A stretch of 64,000 nucleotides of DNA, from the NCBI GenBank assembly GCA_029932465.1, contig JAOZQA010000002.1, positions 18,992-82,991 of the forward strand, in the 5' to 3' direction. This document shows positions 1 through 8,560 of this stretch, piece by piece; position 1 is the first letter of the stretch; every line of letters starts with the position of its first letter. The position numbers and the translations under genes were made by a program. Under the pieces are notes generated by a model. The model worked only from the letters and a program-made list of their open reading frames with translations. It was not told the origin of the DNA and did not search any database. The DNA comes from Thermoplasmatota archaeon (GTDB lineage: Archaea > Thermoplasmatota > Penumbrarchaeia > Penumbrarchaeales > EX4484-36).

Positions 1-87
1 CGTGTTGAGGCTGAAGCCACGTCTTACGCCATAAAATAATAGTTTATTAACTTAATGCTGGGTGGGGCGCATGTGGTAGGGGTGAGA

Positions 88-645
88 TTACTCCTTCATA
101 ACCTCCTCTTTTAAAAGCGGAAGGACCCTGTAGGGCAGAATGTTCTTGTTAATTGGTGTGACCTCAAGAATCCTGACATCATCCCTTCTTCTTATGTCCT
201 GAAGAAGGGAGTTCCGGGATTTCTTATGCAGCGTTAGGATCATCACCTTATCCGATTCCAGGGCCCTTCTGACCACTCTTACAAAGCTCTGGCTCTCAAC
301 CTCGAATTTCCCTACCTCATCCACAACAACTACATCACAATTATCGATTGCATCGCTTATGGAGGTCACACCGATGTTTTCAAGGGTTTCAAGATCTATA
401 CCCATGCCCATAATCCTCTTTCTAGACTTTAGCCCCTCTTTGGCCAGAACGCCTTTCTCTCCGGTTTGTATCGAGATTATGTAATGCCCCACCAATCTTC
501 CCCCTTCAACAATAGGCTCGGTGAGCATCCCCCCAACGGTTATTCCCTCCTTTCTCAGCATCTCTATAATTTTCTTCAGAGCGTGGGTCTTGCCAGAACC
601 AGGAAGACCTGTGATACCAATTTTAAGCTTTTTGGCCATATTCAT
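88..645 (-). CDS. P-loop NTPase, THEP1/MJ1559-like nucleoside-triphosphatase
   Basis: 185 aa; N-terminal Walker A 'GLPGSGKTH'; size and layout match THEP1-family NTPases. Confidence 0.6.
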   Translation of the reverse strand: MNMAKKLKIGITGLPGSGKTHALKKIIEMLRKEGITVGGMLTEPIVEGGRLVGHYIISIQTGEKGVLAKEGLKSRKRIMGMGIDLETLENIGVTSISDAIDNCDVVVVDEVGKFEVESQSFVRVVRRALESDKVMILTLHKKSRNSLLQDIRRRDDVRILEVTPINKNILPYRVLPLLKEEVMKE

Positions 646-823
646 CCCGCCGCGGTATATTATAAAAAACCCCGGATGTTCCCGGGGGATGTAACCTGTG
701 CTACTTATATAATATATAATAACGGGTTATAGTTAAAGTTTATGTCCATATGACAGTCCAACAAGCCCCCCTCTCCCCTCTTGCAATACAGGGTGACTTA
801 TCCCCTCTCTCAGCGAAAGGTTT

Positions 824-1099
824 ATGTGTCACTTCTCTCATTCACTCATATCGGAGGTGATATACGTGGTAGTAGGATTCGTACTCATAAGCACTGCACC
901 GGCCAAAGAACACGAGGTCTACAACAAGCTATCCAAGGTACCGGAGGTGGTCGAGCTTCACCCTCTCTTCGGCGAGTATGACCTCATTGCTAAGATAGAG
1001 GCCAAGGATTTCAACACCCTAGGACAGATCGTCGTTGAGAAGATACGCTCGATTGAAGGGGTAATAGATACAAAAACCCTGACCGGAATAAAGTTCTGA
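824..1099 (+). CDS. Stand-alone Lrp/AsnC C-terminal (RAM) ligand-binding domain protein
   Basis: ~80-90 aa; 'ELHPLFGEYDLIAKIEAKDFNTLGQIVVEKIRSIEGVIDTKT' resembles the AsnC/Lrp regulatory domain; no HTH; true start uncertain (may be an alternative start codon). Confidence 0.5.
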   Translation: MCHFSHSLISEVIYVVVGFVLISTAPAKEHEVYNKLSKVPEVVELHPLFGEYDLIAKIEAKDFNTLGQIVVEKIRSIEGVIDTKTLTGIKF

Positions 1100-1114
1100 T
1101 CCTTTACAGAAAAG

Positions 1115-1561
1115 GTGATGAAGATGGTCAGAGGCAGGGTTTTCACATGCATAGTCGCTGGTATTTCAATTATCCTCTCACTTGCTCTACTCTCAGGTTG
1201 GGCTTGTGCCGCAGAGGATGATAATGGCGAGAAAGAGGTTATAAAGAATGATAACGCGGAGCTATTTCTTTTTGTGATGCTTCTCTCCTTCGGTGTGGGG
1301 GCCATTATACTGGGGGCCTTCACCGCATATTTCGGGTCAGGAAAATCAAGGGTCTTCGGCGCACTCCTCACTGTCGCGGGTATCTTAGTCTACCTGAATT
1401 ACATCTACTTCAAGTTCATATCAAAGAGCAGCGACACACTTCTTGGCATAGTACACTGGAGCGAGTTCTCCTTCGTCAAGGTGCTGCTTGTAGTGGTTGG
1501 TTTCATCGTCGGCCTCATAATAGCCCTGGCCCTCTTCCTGGTGGGCATTATAAAATCCTGA
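1115..1561 (+). CDS. Small integral membrane protein (hypothetical)
   Basis: 148 aa; N-terminal hydrophobic segment and at least two further predicted TM helices; no recognisable motif. Confidence 0.4.
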   Translation: MMKMVRGRVFTCIVAGISIILSLALLSGWACAAEDDNGEKEVIKNDNAELFLFVMLLSFGVGAIILGAFTAYFGSGKSRVFGALLTVAGILVYLNYIYFKFISKSSDTLLGIVHWSEFSFVKVLLVVVGFIVGLIIALALFLVGIIKS

Positions 1562-2261
1562 CGTAGTATCTTAGCATCTTCTTTCTGAATATGGCTTCAA
1601 CAGGGCCCCCAAGTATGTAAAGAAAGATAAGATTGCTAGCTGCGTGTAGAGCGTCAAAGGGAAGGGACATTCCATAGACCAGGAGAACCGCTGAGAGTAT
1701 GGGTGGGTAGAAAATAAGCATTGAAAGGTTGGTTATCCATCCGTAGATGAAGGCAGAGATTATGGAGAAAGTGTAGAGGAAGAGGGGCTTGTTTTTAACC
1801 CTCGAGTAGAGGAAACCTGCGGAGTATCCCACTATGCCCCATCCGGCCATCATAAAGGGCGTATGTATGCCCTGGCCAAGGAACATGTTTGAGATCAGAG
1901 GCGTCATGATTCCAACGAAGCCCCCCATCTCAGGCCCGAATACAGCGCCTGCCATGATGATTATAAAGGTGGACGGCTGTACGGAGGGGAGGGGTGCAAA
2001 TAACACTCTCAGCCCAGAGGAAAGAGCGGAGAGAAGGGCAAGGAGTGCAACGTTCTGGGTGGTGAATCCTGACCTCTCAAGCTTATGAAGCGCCCCGACG
2101 GATGCTATAGAGACCAAGGCTGCGATCCAGTATATAGGGTTAATCTCTGAGTGAATTATGTCGGTGAGGGTGAGAAAGAAAAGGAATACTACTGCTAGAG
2201 ATGCTACGGAAAGAAGGCCAGAGACCACCCCTCCCCTAAACACCTTCTCCACCCCCATCAA
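1548..2261 (-). CDS. ECF transporter substrate-specific (S) component
   Basis: 237 aa, 5-6 TM helices; last gene of an S / fused A-A / T operon with overlapping stops and starts; substrate not identifiable from sequence. Confidence 0.5.
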   Translation of the reverse strand: MMGVEKVFRGGVVSGLLSVASLAVVFLFFLTLTDIIHSEINPIYWIAALVSIASVGALHKLERSGFTTQNVALLALLSALSSGLRVLFAPLPSVQPSTFIIIMAGAVFGPEMGGFVGIMTPLISNMFLGQGIHTPFMMAGWGIVGYSAGFLYSRVKNKPLFLYTFSIISAFIYGWITNLSMLIFYPPILSAVLLVYGMSLPFDALHAASNLIFLYILGGPVEAIFRKKMLRYYVRIL

Positions 2262-3756
2262 GAATTAGCACTTTATCCCCGAGAGAATCAAAGAGGTCAG
2301 TGTGCGTTGAAATTATGATAGTGGTGGTAGGAGATAGCTCTCCCAGCATCCGTTTCAGTGCTACGTATGATTTTCTGTCCATTCCCCGGGTGGGCTCATC
2401 TAAGAAGGTAATCTGTGGAAAGCCTATTAGGACGGATGCAATGGCAGCGCGCTGCCTCTGACCTGCGGACAGGTTGAAGGGGTCCTCCTTTTCTAGCCCT
2501 TCAAGATAGAGCGCCCGGATAAACTTTCTAGATGCAAAAGAGAATGGCTCGCTCCTCCTCCCCTTTGCCCAGGAGAGCCTCAGGTCCTCTATGAGAGTCT
2601 CACAGGTGAAGATGTCCATGGGGTTCTGCGGGAGGTAGCCCACCTTAAGGCCACTCCCACCTCTCCAACCACTCTCTCCAATCCAAGGGGCTTTAAGGAC
2701 ACCTCTCTGCGGTTTCACAAAACCTAGAAGGGTCCTGATGAGTGTTGTTTTCCCCGAGCCATTTCGACCTTTGATGAGGAACACCTCCCCCTCAAATATG
2801 GCGAAGGTAAGCCCCGTGAAGAGCTCCCGGTTCCCGCAGGAGACTTCAAGGGAGTGCACCTCTATAATGGGGCACCTCTTACGCACTTCATACCTCTCAC
2901 TTTTTCCTCTCTGCGGAACCTCTCTCCTTGAGCTTTTTCCGGACAGTCTGAGCCTACCACCTGGGTTTTCAGACCTTTTGAATTTAGTAGGGGAGGGGCT
3001 CCTCACTTCCAGTGGAGTCTCTGGGGTCCGAGACCAAGAGCGGACGTTATCCACACAGTGAACGGGTTCAGGAAGTGGCCCGATACGTCCTCCCTCCATT
3101 AAAAGAACTTTATTCGCCCTCTGAATCAGCTCCCAATATCCTTCGGGCGAGGGGGTGACGATCACAGCGGCCCCACCCTGACGCACCTTTTCAGTTAGAC
3201 ACCTTCGAAAAAGCTCCCTCCCCTCAGCATCAAGATGAGTCATGGGTTCATCCAGCAGATATAATTCAGAGGTGGATGCCTCAAGGTGGCTCAGAACCAG
3301 TCTCTGCTTCTCCCCCGCCGATAAGGTGGCGGTATGGGAGTTTGGGGAGATTTGGGGCAGCCACTTCCTGAGTGCTTTTTGGCCTAAAAGCTCCGCCTGG
3401 CGCAGTTTCGAGGATTCTTCAAGGTAAGGTACAGTGGCCTCTGTTATGGCCCGTCTGAAGATAATGTAATACTCCGGTTCTTGCGGCATGTAAAAGACCC
3501 TTCCCGGGACCTCATTTCTTTCCCTTCTTCTTTTCATGTTCTTCCCGAGCACCCTTACCTCTCCCGCTAGTGTCCCCCCGGTGAGGTAGGGCGAGATTCC
3601 GGAGAGCACCTTGAGAAGTGTGCTCTTTCCTGATCCAGAGCTGCCTATGATTAACACCAGCTCTCCACTTTCCACCTTGAGGTCAACCCCCCTCAGGACC
3701 TCGCCCTTTGCCATTGGATAGGTAAATTTAAGTCCTCTCGTCTTGACAAGGCTCAC
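2236..3756 (-). CDS. ecfA: ECF/ABC transporter ATPase, fused tandem EcfA-EcfA'
   Basis: 506 aa with two ABC ATPase modules: Walker A 'GSSGSGKST' and 'GRNGSGKTT', signature 'LSAGEKQR' and 'LSAGQRQR', Walker B 'LLDEP' and 'FLDEP'. Confidence 0.85.
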   Translation of the reverse strand: MSLVKTRGLKFTYPMAKGEVLRGVDLKVESGELVLIIGSSGSGKSTLLKVLSGISPYLTGGTLAGEVRVLGKNMKRRRERNEVPGRVFYMPQEPEYYIIFRRAITEATVPYLEESSKLRQAELLGQKALRKWLPQISPNSHTATLSAGEKQRLVLSHLEASTSELYLLDEPMTHLDAEGRELFRRCLTEKVRQGGAAVIVTPSPEGYWELIQRANKVLLMEGGRIGPLPEPVHCVDNVRSWSRTPETPLEVRSPSPTKFKRSENPGGRLRLSGKSSRREVPQRGKSERYEVRKRCPIIEVHSLEVSCGNRELFTGLTFAIFEGEVFLIKGRNGSGKTTLIRTLLGFVKPQRGVLKAPWIGESGWRGGSGLKVGYLPQNPMDIFTCETLIEDLRLSWAKGRRSEPFSFASRKFIRALYLEGLEKEDPFNLSAGQRQRAAIASVLIGFPQITFLDEPTRGMDRKSYVALKRMLGELSPTTTIIISTHTDLFDSLGDKVLILDGGGEGV

Positions 3757-4646
3757 CCCACCACCCCCTTCAGAAAATAGAGGGTATAGAGGATGTATAC
3801 AGCCCCCTGGAGCAGTCCAAAAGCCATTGAAGGAAGATGTGGGGAAACAAGAAGTGCGAGGACCTTTGGGAGGATCAGGACAATTACAGAGCCCGCTATT
3901 GCAAAGTACAGTGTGCCTCGGGGTGATCCCATCTTTGTCGAAGGGGGGACCTTTAATCGGAAAAGCCCTCTTGTCTCAAGGGACTCTGCCAAGATGTCGC
4001 TTCTTATGAAAGAGTCCCTAAGCAATGGAATGACTAGGGAGGCCCTGCTCCTGAAGGTCCGAAGGAAACCGGAGTCTTTTACCACCCCCCTCACCCTCTG
4101 AACTTCAAGAATGTTTTTGGCGTCCTCCTTCACCCGGGGGATGAGGTAGAAAGAGGATAGGACCATGAGCGGCAGTGCGGATGAGTGTCTTCTCAAAGTG
4201 AAGAAAAGGGCATCGCTGTCAGGCGTGAAGGTGAAAAGCCAGAAGAGGACCATAATGGAGGAAAGCTTCAAGGCGTTTTTGAGGGCGAATATGATTGCGG
4301 AGGAAGTAATATAAAGCGGTGGAAGGGGAGAGAGATCCAAAGCGAGGAGTGTACTTCCAGTGGGGGGGTAGAGAAGGACGTTGAAGAGAAAGACAATAGC
4401 GGAGAGCGGAAAGATGTATCTTAAGGCTTTGATAGTGCCTGTCCCCCTGCTGGGAGGTCTCGAGGATATCCAAAGGACCATCCCCACACTCCAGACGGAC
4501 ATAAATGTGAGGGCGGCAATGCTGGATGTGAGGAGAAGAACGATGGAGGAGAAGATGACGAGATAAGCTATGCTCTCCCACCTCAATATTCGCCTCTCTA
4601 GAGGTTCATATTGCGCCTTCTGAGTATATCCAGAGGATCTCGTCAC
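3753..4646 (-). CDS. ecfT: ECF transporter transmembrane (T) component, CbiQ/EcfT-like
   Basis: 297 aa polytopic membrane protein; position directly upstream of the fused ATPase with a 4-nt overlap. Confidence 0.6.
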   Translation of the reverse strand: MTRSSGYTQKAQYEPLERRILRWESIAYLVIFSSIVLLLTSSIAALTFMSVWSVGMVLWISSRPPSRGTGTIKALRYIFPLSAIVFLFNVLLYPPTGSTLLALDLSPLPPLYITSSAIIFALKNALKLSSIMVLFWLFTFTPDSDALFFTLRRHSSALPLMVLSSFYLIPRVKEDAKNILEVQRVRGVVKDSGFLRTFRSRASLVIPLLRDSFIRSDILAESLETRGLFRLKVPPSTKMGSPRGTLYFAIAGSVIVLILPKVLALLVSPHLPSMAFGLLQGAVYILYTLYFLKGVVG

Positions 4647-5040
4647 CGTCCTCCACCACCTTTCTGTCCGATGCCACCTCTCCGAAAACGTCGTTCACGT
4701 AGTAGACCCACCACTTGCTCCCCCCTCCTTCTACACCGGCGATCGCCTCCACGAACACCCCATATCTCTCTTTGTGATACTTCACAGTGAAATTGTACAT
4801 CTCTGAGGCTTTGAGAAGCAGTGAGAAGACCGTCTCACCCTCTTCAATCTCCACTTCCGTGAAGGTCCACACCCCACTACCCCCCACACCTCCCTGGGGG
4901 CTCTCACCATTGAAGTCGATTGTCAGTTCTACACTCCCTGGGCCACCACCCCCGCCGCCGCTAAAGCAACCTGAGAGGGCAGCAGTGAGAAAAGGCACGA
5001 TAAGGACTAGGAGGGGGGCGAGTCTACTCCTCAACCGCAC
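4606..5040 (-). CDS. DUF4430-like lipoprotein (transcobalamin-beta/BtuH-like fold candidate)
   Basis: 144 aa; signal peptide with lipobox-like 'LSGC'; Gly-rich linker; 'YGVFVEAIAGVEGGGSKWWVYYVNDVFGEVASDRKVVEDGDEILWIY' matches the DUF4430 pattern (yG.fV.sI.G...yW.y.VNg....ga....l.dGD.i.w.y). Confidence 0.55.
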   Translation of the reverse strand: MRLRSRLAPLLVLIVPFLTAALSGCFSGGGGGGPGSVELTIDFNGESPQGGVGGSGVWTFTEVEIEEGETVFSLLLKASEMYNFTVKYHKERYGVFVEAIAGVEGGGSKWWVYYVNDVFGEVASDRKVVEDGDEILWIYSEGAI

Positions 5041-6976
5041 CCCCCCAGGTATCGGTTCTTCTCATAAAGATGTATGCGGCTATGGCCGCGAAAAGTGCTA
5101 TCGGGATCGCAACGATCACGTAATAGCCGGGACCTAACCTGCCTCCCCCCTCCTCCCTCTCAACGGTCACCACCCACGTGTGGGAAAGCTCGACATCACC
5201 AAGTCTGACCATGGCAATTACATTGTGCTCCCCAGGGGGAAGGCTCACCTCAAGCGTTGCCCCCCCTCCGGCAACCTCTCCGTCCACGTACCAGGTGACC
5301 TCAACATCTTCTCCAAGTGCAGGCTCTAAAAGAGCGAAAGAGACCTCGTCCCCCACATACACATCCACGACATTTCTCCCCGGGGAGAAGACTATGTGGG
5401 GGAGGAGCTCCACAAAATGGAGATCCCCAGCATCTGTTGGGAGGTAGAGGCGGGATGTGTGCACAAGAGGGGTGGGGAATATCCAGTCGTTTGGTGTGGG
5501 CACATACGTGCCTAGGAGCTCCCCTTGGGAGGAATAGAAATAGAGGGTAGAGAGATTCCCCTCGCCTCCTGTATTGGTGACGAACACAACACCACCTCCG
5601 ACCGCAAGGGCAGAGGCGGTCACGGGCCCTTCAGCGGGAAGAGTCCTCACCTCCCCCGATGAGGCATCTACTAAATAAACGCCTCCGTCAAAACCCGCAG
5701 CGAGGGTCCATCTGCCATTCAGCTGAAATGCGTTGAAGGAGGAGGTCAGGGCGGTAGAGATGGTCTTCACCTTCTGGAGCTGGTGTGAGTTACCGTCGAT
5801 CCTGTATATCTCACTGATCTCCTCCCCAAAAGTTATGGAGAAATAGACAGCCCCCGGGCCAGTCACGAGGGGCGCTTTTATCGTCCCGTTTAAGCTCATC
5901 TCCCAGGCTACATCGCCGGTTGTGGTATTGACCGCGAAGATTTTTCCATCCCTTCCTCCCAAATATATCTCACCCTCGAGAAGTATGGGTGTGGAGAAAT
6001 AAAAAGTGGTATTGAGGTTCACTCTCCAGAGGATATCTCCATCGGGAGTTAGAGCCGTGAGGTTTCCATCGCCCCCGGCTAGATAAATGCATCTTTCGTC
6101 CGCTACAGGAGAGGAGGTCAGCCCCCAAGTGGAGTTATCCAACTTCAGCTTCTTGAACACCTCTCCTGTGGTGAGGTTTATAATGTAAAGGTTTCCATCG
6201 GTGGACGCTACATAAACCGACGAAGCCCTCACAAGGGGCGTGGAGAGCTCAAAACCTACGCCTCCCACTTCCCTCTCCCAGAGAATCTTTCCATCCCAGT
6301 CTAACAGAAAGAGGGAAGAGGGTCTCTCAAGTTTAAAGCTGGTATAGTTCATAACCCCGGAGGTGTACACCAGCAGGCCTTCTGGTGTGATTAGGGGAGA
6401 GGTGTCTATGGGCCCAGAGTCTAGGTGCGCCGTTCTTATCGGACGTATCTCCCAAACCCTCCAAGAGGGCCCTGGGGGATGAAGAACACCGCTGTAGGAG
6501 AGTACAGGAAGAGGGTATTCCGGCGTGGGATCAGGGGTCTCCCCGAAGGTGTGGCAGTAGAGGAAGGCAACAGCATCACCAGAGTCTACAGGGGTTGTAT
6601 CGGCCGATGTGGGGGTGTACTCCCACACACCACCTGAGGAGTTCCACTTGAGGACCGTCCAGAAATAGGAATAATCAGGGGGCGAGGAGACACCTCTTAT
6701 GGATTTGATATAGACTCCATAGGAGGAGTTCTCCCATTCCACCCTCCAACCTAGCCCCCCAGTGGCTTCAAGTAAGGCTTCGAAGGCGTTCTTAACACCT
6801 TTGGTCTCCACCCAGGCGAAGTCCGAGGGGGAGAAATAGATAAGGACGTCCACACCTTCCACACTTTGCGGAGTCTCGCCATCTGCTAGAGCGGATGGCA
6901 GAGTAGTAAGATGGAGAAGAAGAAACAGAACAACAGCGGACAAGATTACTTTTACAACAGCTCTCATACCGAACAC
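5024..6976 (-). CDS. Exported membrane-anchored protein: N-terminal DUF4430-like domain, PQQ/BamB-type beta-propeller repeats, Ig/PKD-like domain, C-terminal TM anchor
   Basis: 650 aa; signal peptide; N-terminal 'WRVEWENSSYGVYIKSIRGV...YFWTVLKWNSSGGVWEY...VDSGDAVAFLY' is DUF4430-like; repeated 'DG.L.A....G...W' propeller motifs; C-terminal 'YYVIVAIPIALFAAIAAYIFMRR' anchor. Confidence 0.5.
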   Translation of the reverse strand: MFGMRAVVKVILSAVVLFLLLHLTTLPSALADGETPQSVEGVDVLIYFSPSDFAWVETKGVKNAFEALLEATGGLGWRVEWENSSYGVYIKSIRGVSSPPDYSYFWTVLKWNSSGGVWEYTPTSADTTPVDSGDAVAFLYCHTFGETPDPTPEYPLPVLSYSGVLHPPGPSWRVWEIRPIRTAHLDSGPIDTSPLITPEGLLVYTSGVMNYTSFKLERPSSLFLLDWDGKILWEREVGGVGFELSTPLVRASSVYVASTDGNLYIINLTTGEVFKKLKLDNSTWGLTSSPVADERCIYLAGGDGNLTALTPDGDILWRVNLNTTFYFSTPILLEGEIYLGGRDGKIFAVNTTTGDVAWEMSLNGTIKAPLVTGPGAVYFSITFGEEISEIYRIDGNSHQLQKVKTISTALTSSFNAFQLNGRWTLAAGFDGGVYLVDASSGEVRTLPAEGPVTASALAVGGGVVFVTNTGGEGNLSTLYFYSSQGELLGTYVPTPNDWIFPTPLVHTSRLYLPTDAGDLHFVELLPHIVFSPGRNVVDVYVGDEVSFALLEPALGEDVEVTWYVDGEVAGGGATLEVSLPPGEHNVIAMVRLGDVELSHTWVVTVEREEGGGRLGPGYYVIVAIPIALFAAIAAYIFMRRTDTWGGAVEE

Positions 6977-7128
6977 CTTCCAATTAAAGCGTGCTTGAGC
7001 TGACTAAGGGTATGTTGATGTGCTACTTAATGGTTTCTGCGGGGTGAGAGGCCTTTTAGCTCCTTTCTTCCCAAAATTGGTTGAAGAGAGAAAAAGGGTT
7101 TAAATCCAACTTAACTTTCTTTATTAAC

Positions 7129-8538
7129 ATGAAAGGCAAGAACATCGTGATAGCCGGGGCCGGAGAAAGGGGGGCCTCCTTGGCCAAGATACTGATCGCA
7201 GAGGGGCACAACGTCACGATCATAGAACAGGAAGGCGAGGCAGCGGAGAGGGTCTCTGAGCTGGACGCCCTGGTGATCAGGGGAAATGCAGCCTCTCCCT
7301 CCACTCTTGAGAAAGCCTATGTTAAGAACGCTGACTACTTCATTGCAGTGACCGGTAGCGATGAGATAAATATAATCGCATGCAGTCTAGCAAAGAGCGA
7401 TAAGTGCAGGACAATGGCCCGAGTAAACTCCTATGATTACATCACTAGACCCGTCTCCACAGTTCAACTCAAGAAACTGGGGGTGGACATAGCCTTCTGC
7501 CCGGACCTCCTCACAGCCACGCACCTTGCTAATCTGATCACCACCACTAGCATGCTGAACACCTCTCAGCTTGCGAGAGGGAAAATTATGGTGGTTGATA
7601 CGACCATCAGGGAGGGGAGCAGAGCTAGAGGAAAGAGCATAAAGGACCTAAAGCTCCCCGGGGGCTGCAACGCCGTGGCCATTTTCAGAGGGGATGAGGT
7701 ATTAATTCCCCACGGCGAGACCCGGATTGAGGAGAACGACCGCATTCTCTTCATAGTAAAGAAGGATAAGGACATGGATGAGGTCCTGAGCTCATTGAGC
7801 GCATTGGTGGGGAAGCCCAGAAGGTACAGCGATGAACGGGGTGCTAGAAAAATAATGGTGGCTGGGGCATCAAGGATAGGGGTCCACCTCTGCAAACTCC
7901 TCGAGGAAGAGGACTTCACCGTGGTGCTCATTGAAGAAGACCCCGAGAAGTGTAGAAAGGCCTCAGAGGAGCTCAACAAGACCCTCATAATCAACGGCAG
8001 CTACACCGACAGGGAACTTCTTTTGGAGGAGGGAATAGAGTCTGCCGATGTCTTCTTAGCCCTCACAGAGAGGGAGGAGATCAACATTTTGACATCCATC
8101 ATGGCTAGACAGTACGGGGCACGCCACTCCATGGCGCTCGTTGATAGACCGGGGCTTAAAACGATACTTGAGGATGTAGGGATAGACGTCATAATATCCC
8201 AGAGGTGGGTGACCGTGGACGCCATAGTGAGACAGCTCCACAAAGAGGAGTTTGAGTCGCTGACCACTCTAGATCAGGCATCCACTCACATAGTGGAAGT
8301 GAAGGTGAAAAGCAGTTGTCCCTTCGCAGGGAGGAGGCTTGCGAAGATCAAGGACTTCAAATCTCAGAACGTAATAGTGGCGGCGATAAACAGAAAGGGA
8401 AATATAATCGTCCCCCGGGGGGAGGACACAATAGAGGTGGGAGATCGCCTCATCCTTTTTGCCAAGAGCAACTCACTCTCTTGGATCGCCAAGACCTTCG
8501 GTGTGAGGGAGGAGAAAAAGAGAGGAAGACTGCTTTAG
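7129..8538 (+). CDS. trkA: Trk potassium uptake system NAD-binding subunit TrkA
   Basis: Two Rossmann TrkA-N modules ('IVIAGAGERGASLAKIL', 'IMVAGASRIGVHLCKLL'), each followed by a TrkA-C domain; start placed at the internal ATG 'MKGKNIVIAG'. Confidence 0.8.
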   Translation: MKGKNIVIAGAGERGASLAKILIAEGHNVTIIEQEGEAAERVSELDALVIRGNAASPSTLEKAYVKNADYFIAVTGSDEINIIACSLAKSDKCRTMARVNSYDYITRPVSTVQLKKLGVDIAFCPDLLTATHLANLITTTSMLNTSQLARGKIMVVDTTIREGSRARGKSIKDLKLPGGCNAVAIFRGDEVLIPHGETRIEENDRILFIVKKDKDMDEVLSSLSALVGKPRRYSDERGARKIMVAGASRIGVHLCKLLEEEDFTVVLIEEDPEKCRKASEELNKTLIINGSYTDRELLLEEGIESADVFLALTEREEINILTSIMARQYGARHSMALVDRPGLKTILEDVGIDVIISQRWVTVDAIVRQLHKEEFESLTTLDQASTHIVEVKVKSSCPFAGRRLAKIKDFKSQNVIVAAINRKGNIIVPRGEDTIEVGDRLILFAKSNSLSWIAKTFGVREEKKRGRLL

Positions 8539-8560
8539 ACGGAGATAATGGGGTTATAGA

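Noticed and set aside
466-1371. Multiple >60-aa ORFs on the strand opposite to or overlapping confident genes (e.g. 466-732, 958-1371, and many similar ones throughout, such as 1834-2088, 2738-3061, 25227-25625, 37537-38118)
   Set aside because: Shadow ORFs typical of GC-rich DNA. Low-complexity Pro/Arg/Ser-rich translations, no start context, fully embedded in genes with strong motif support.
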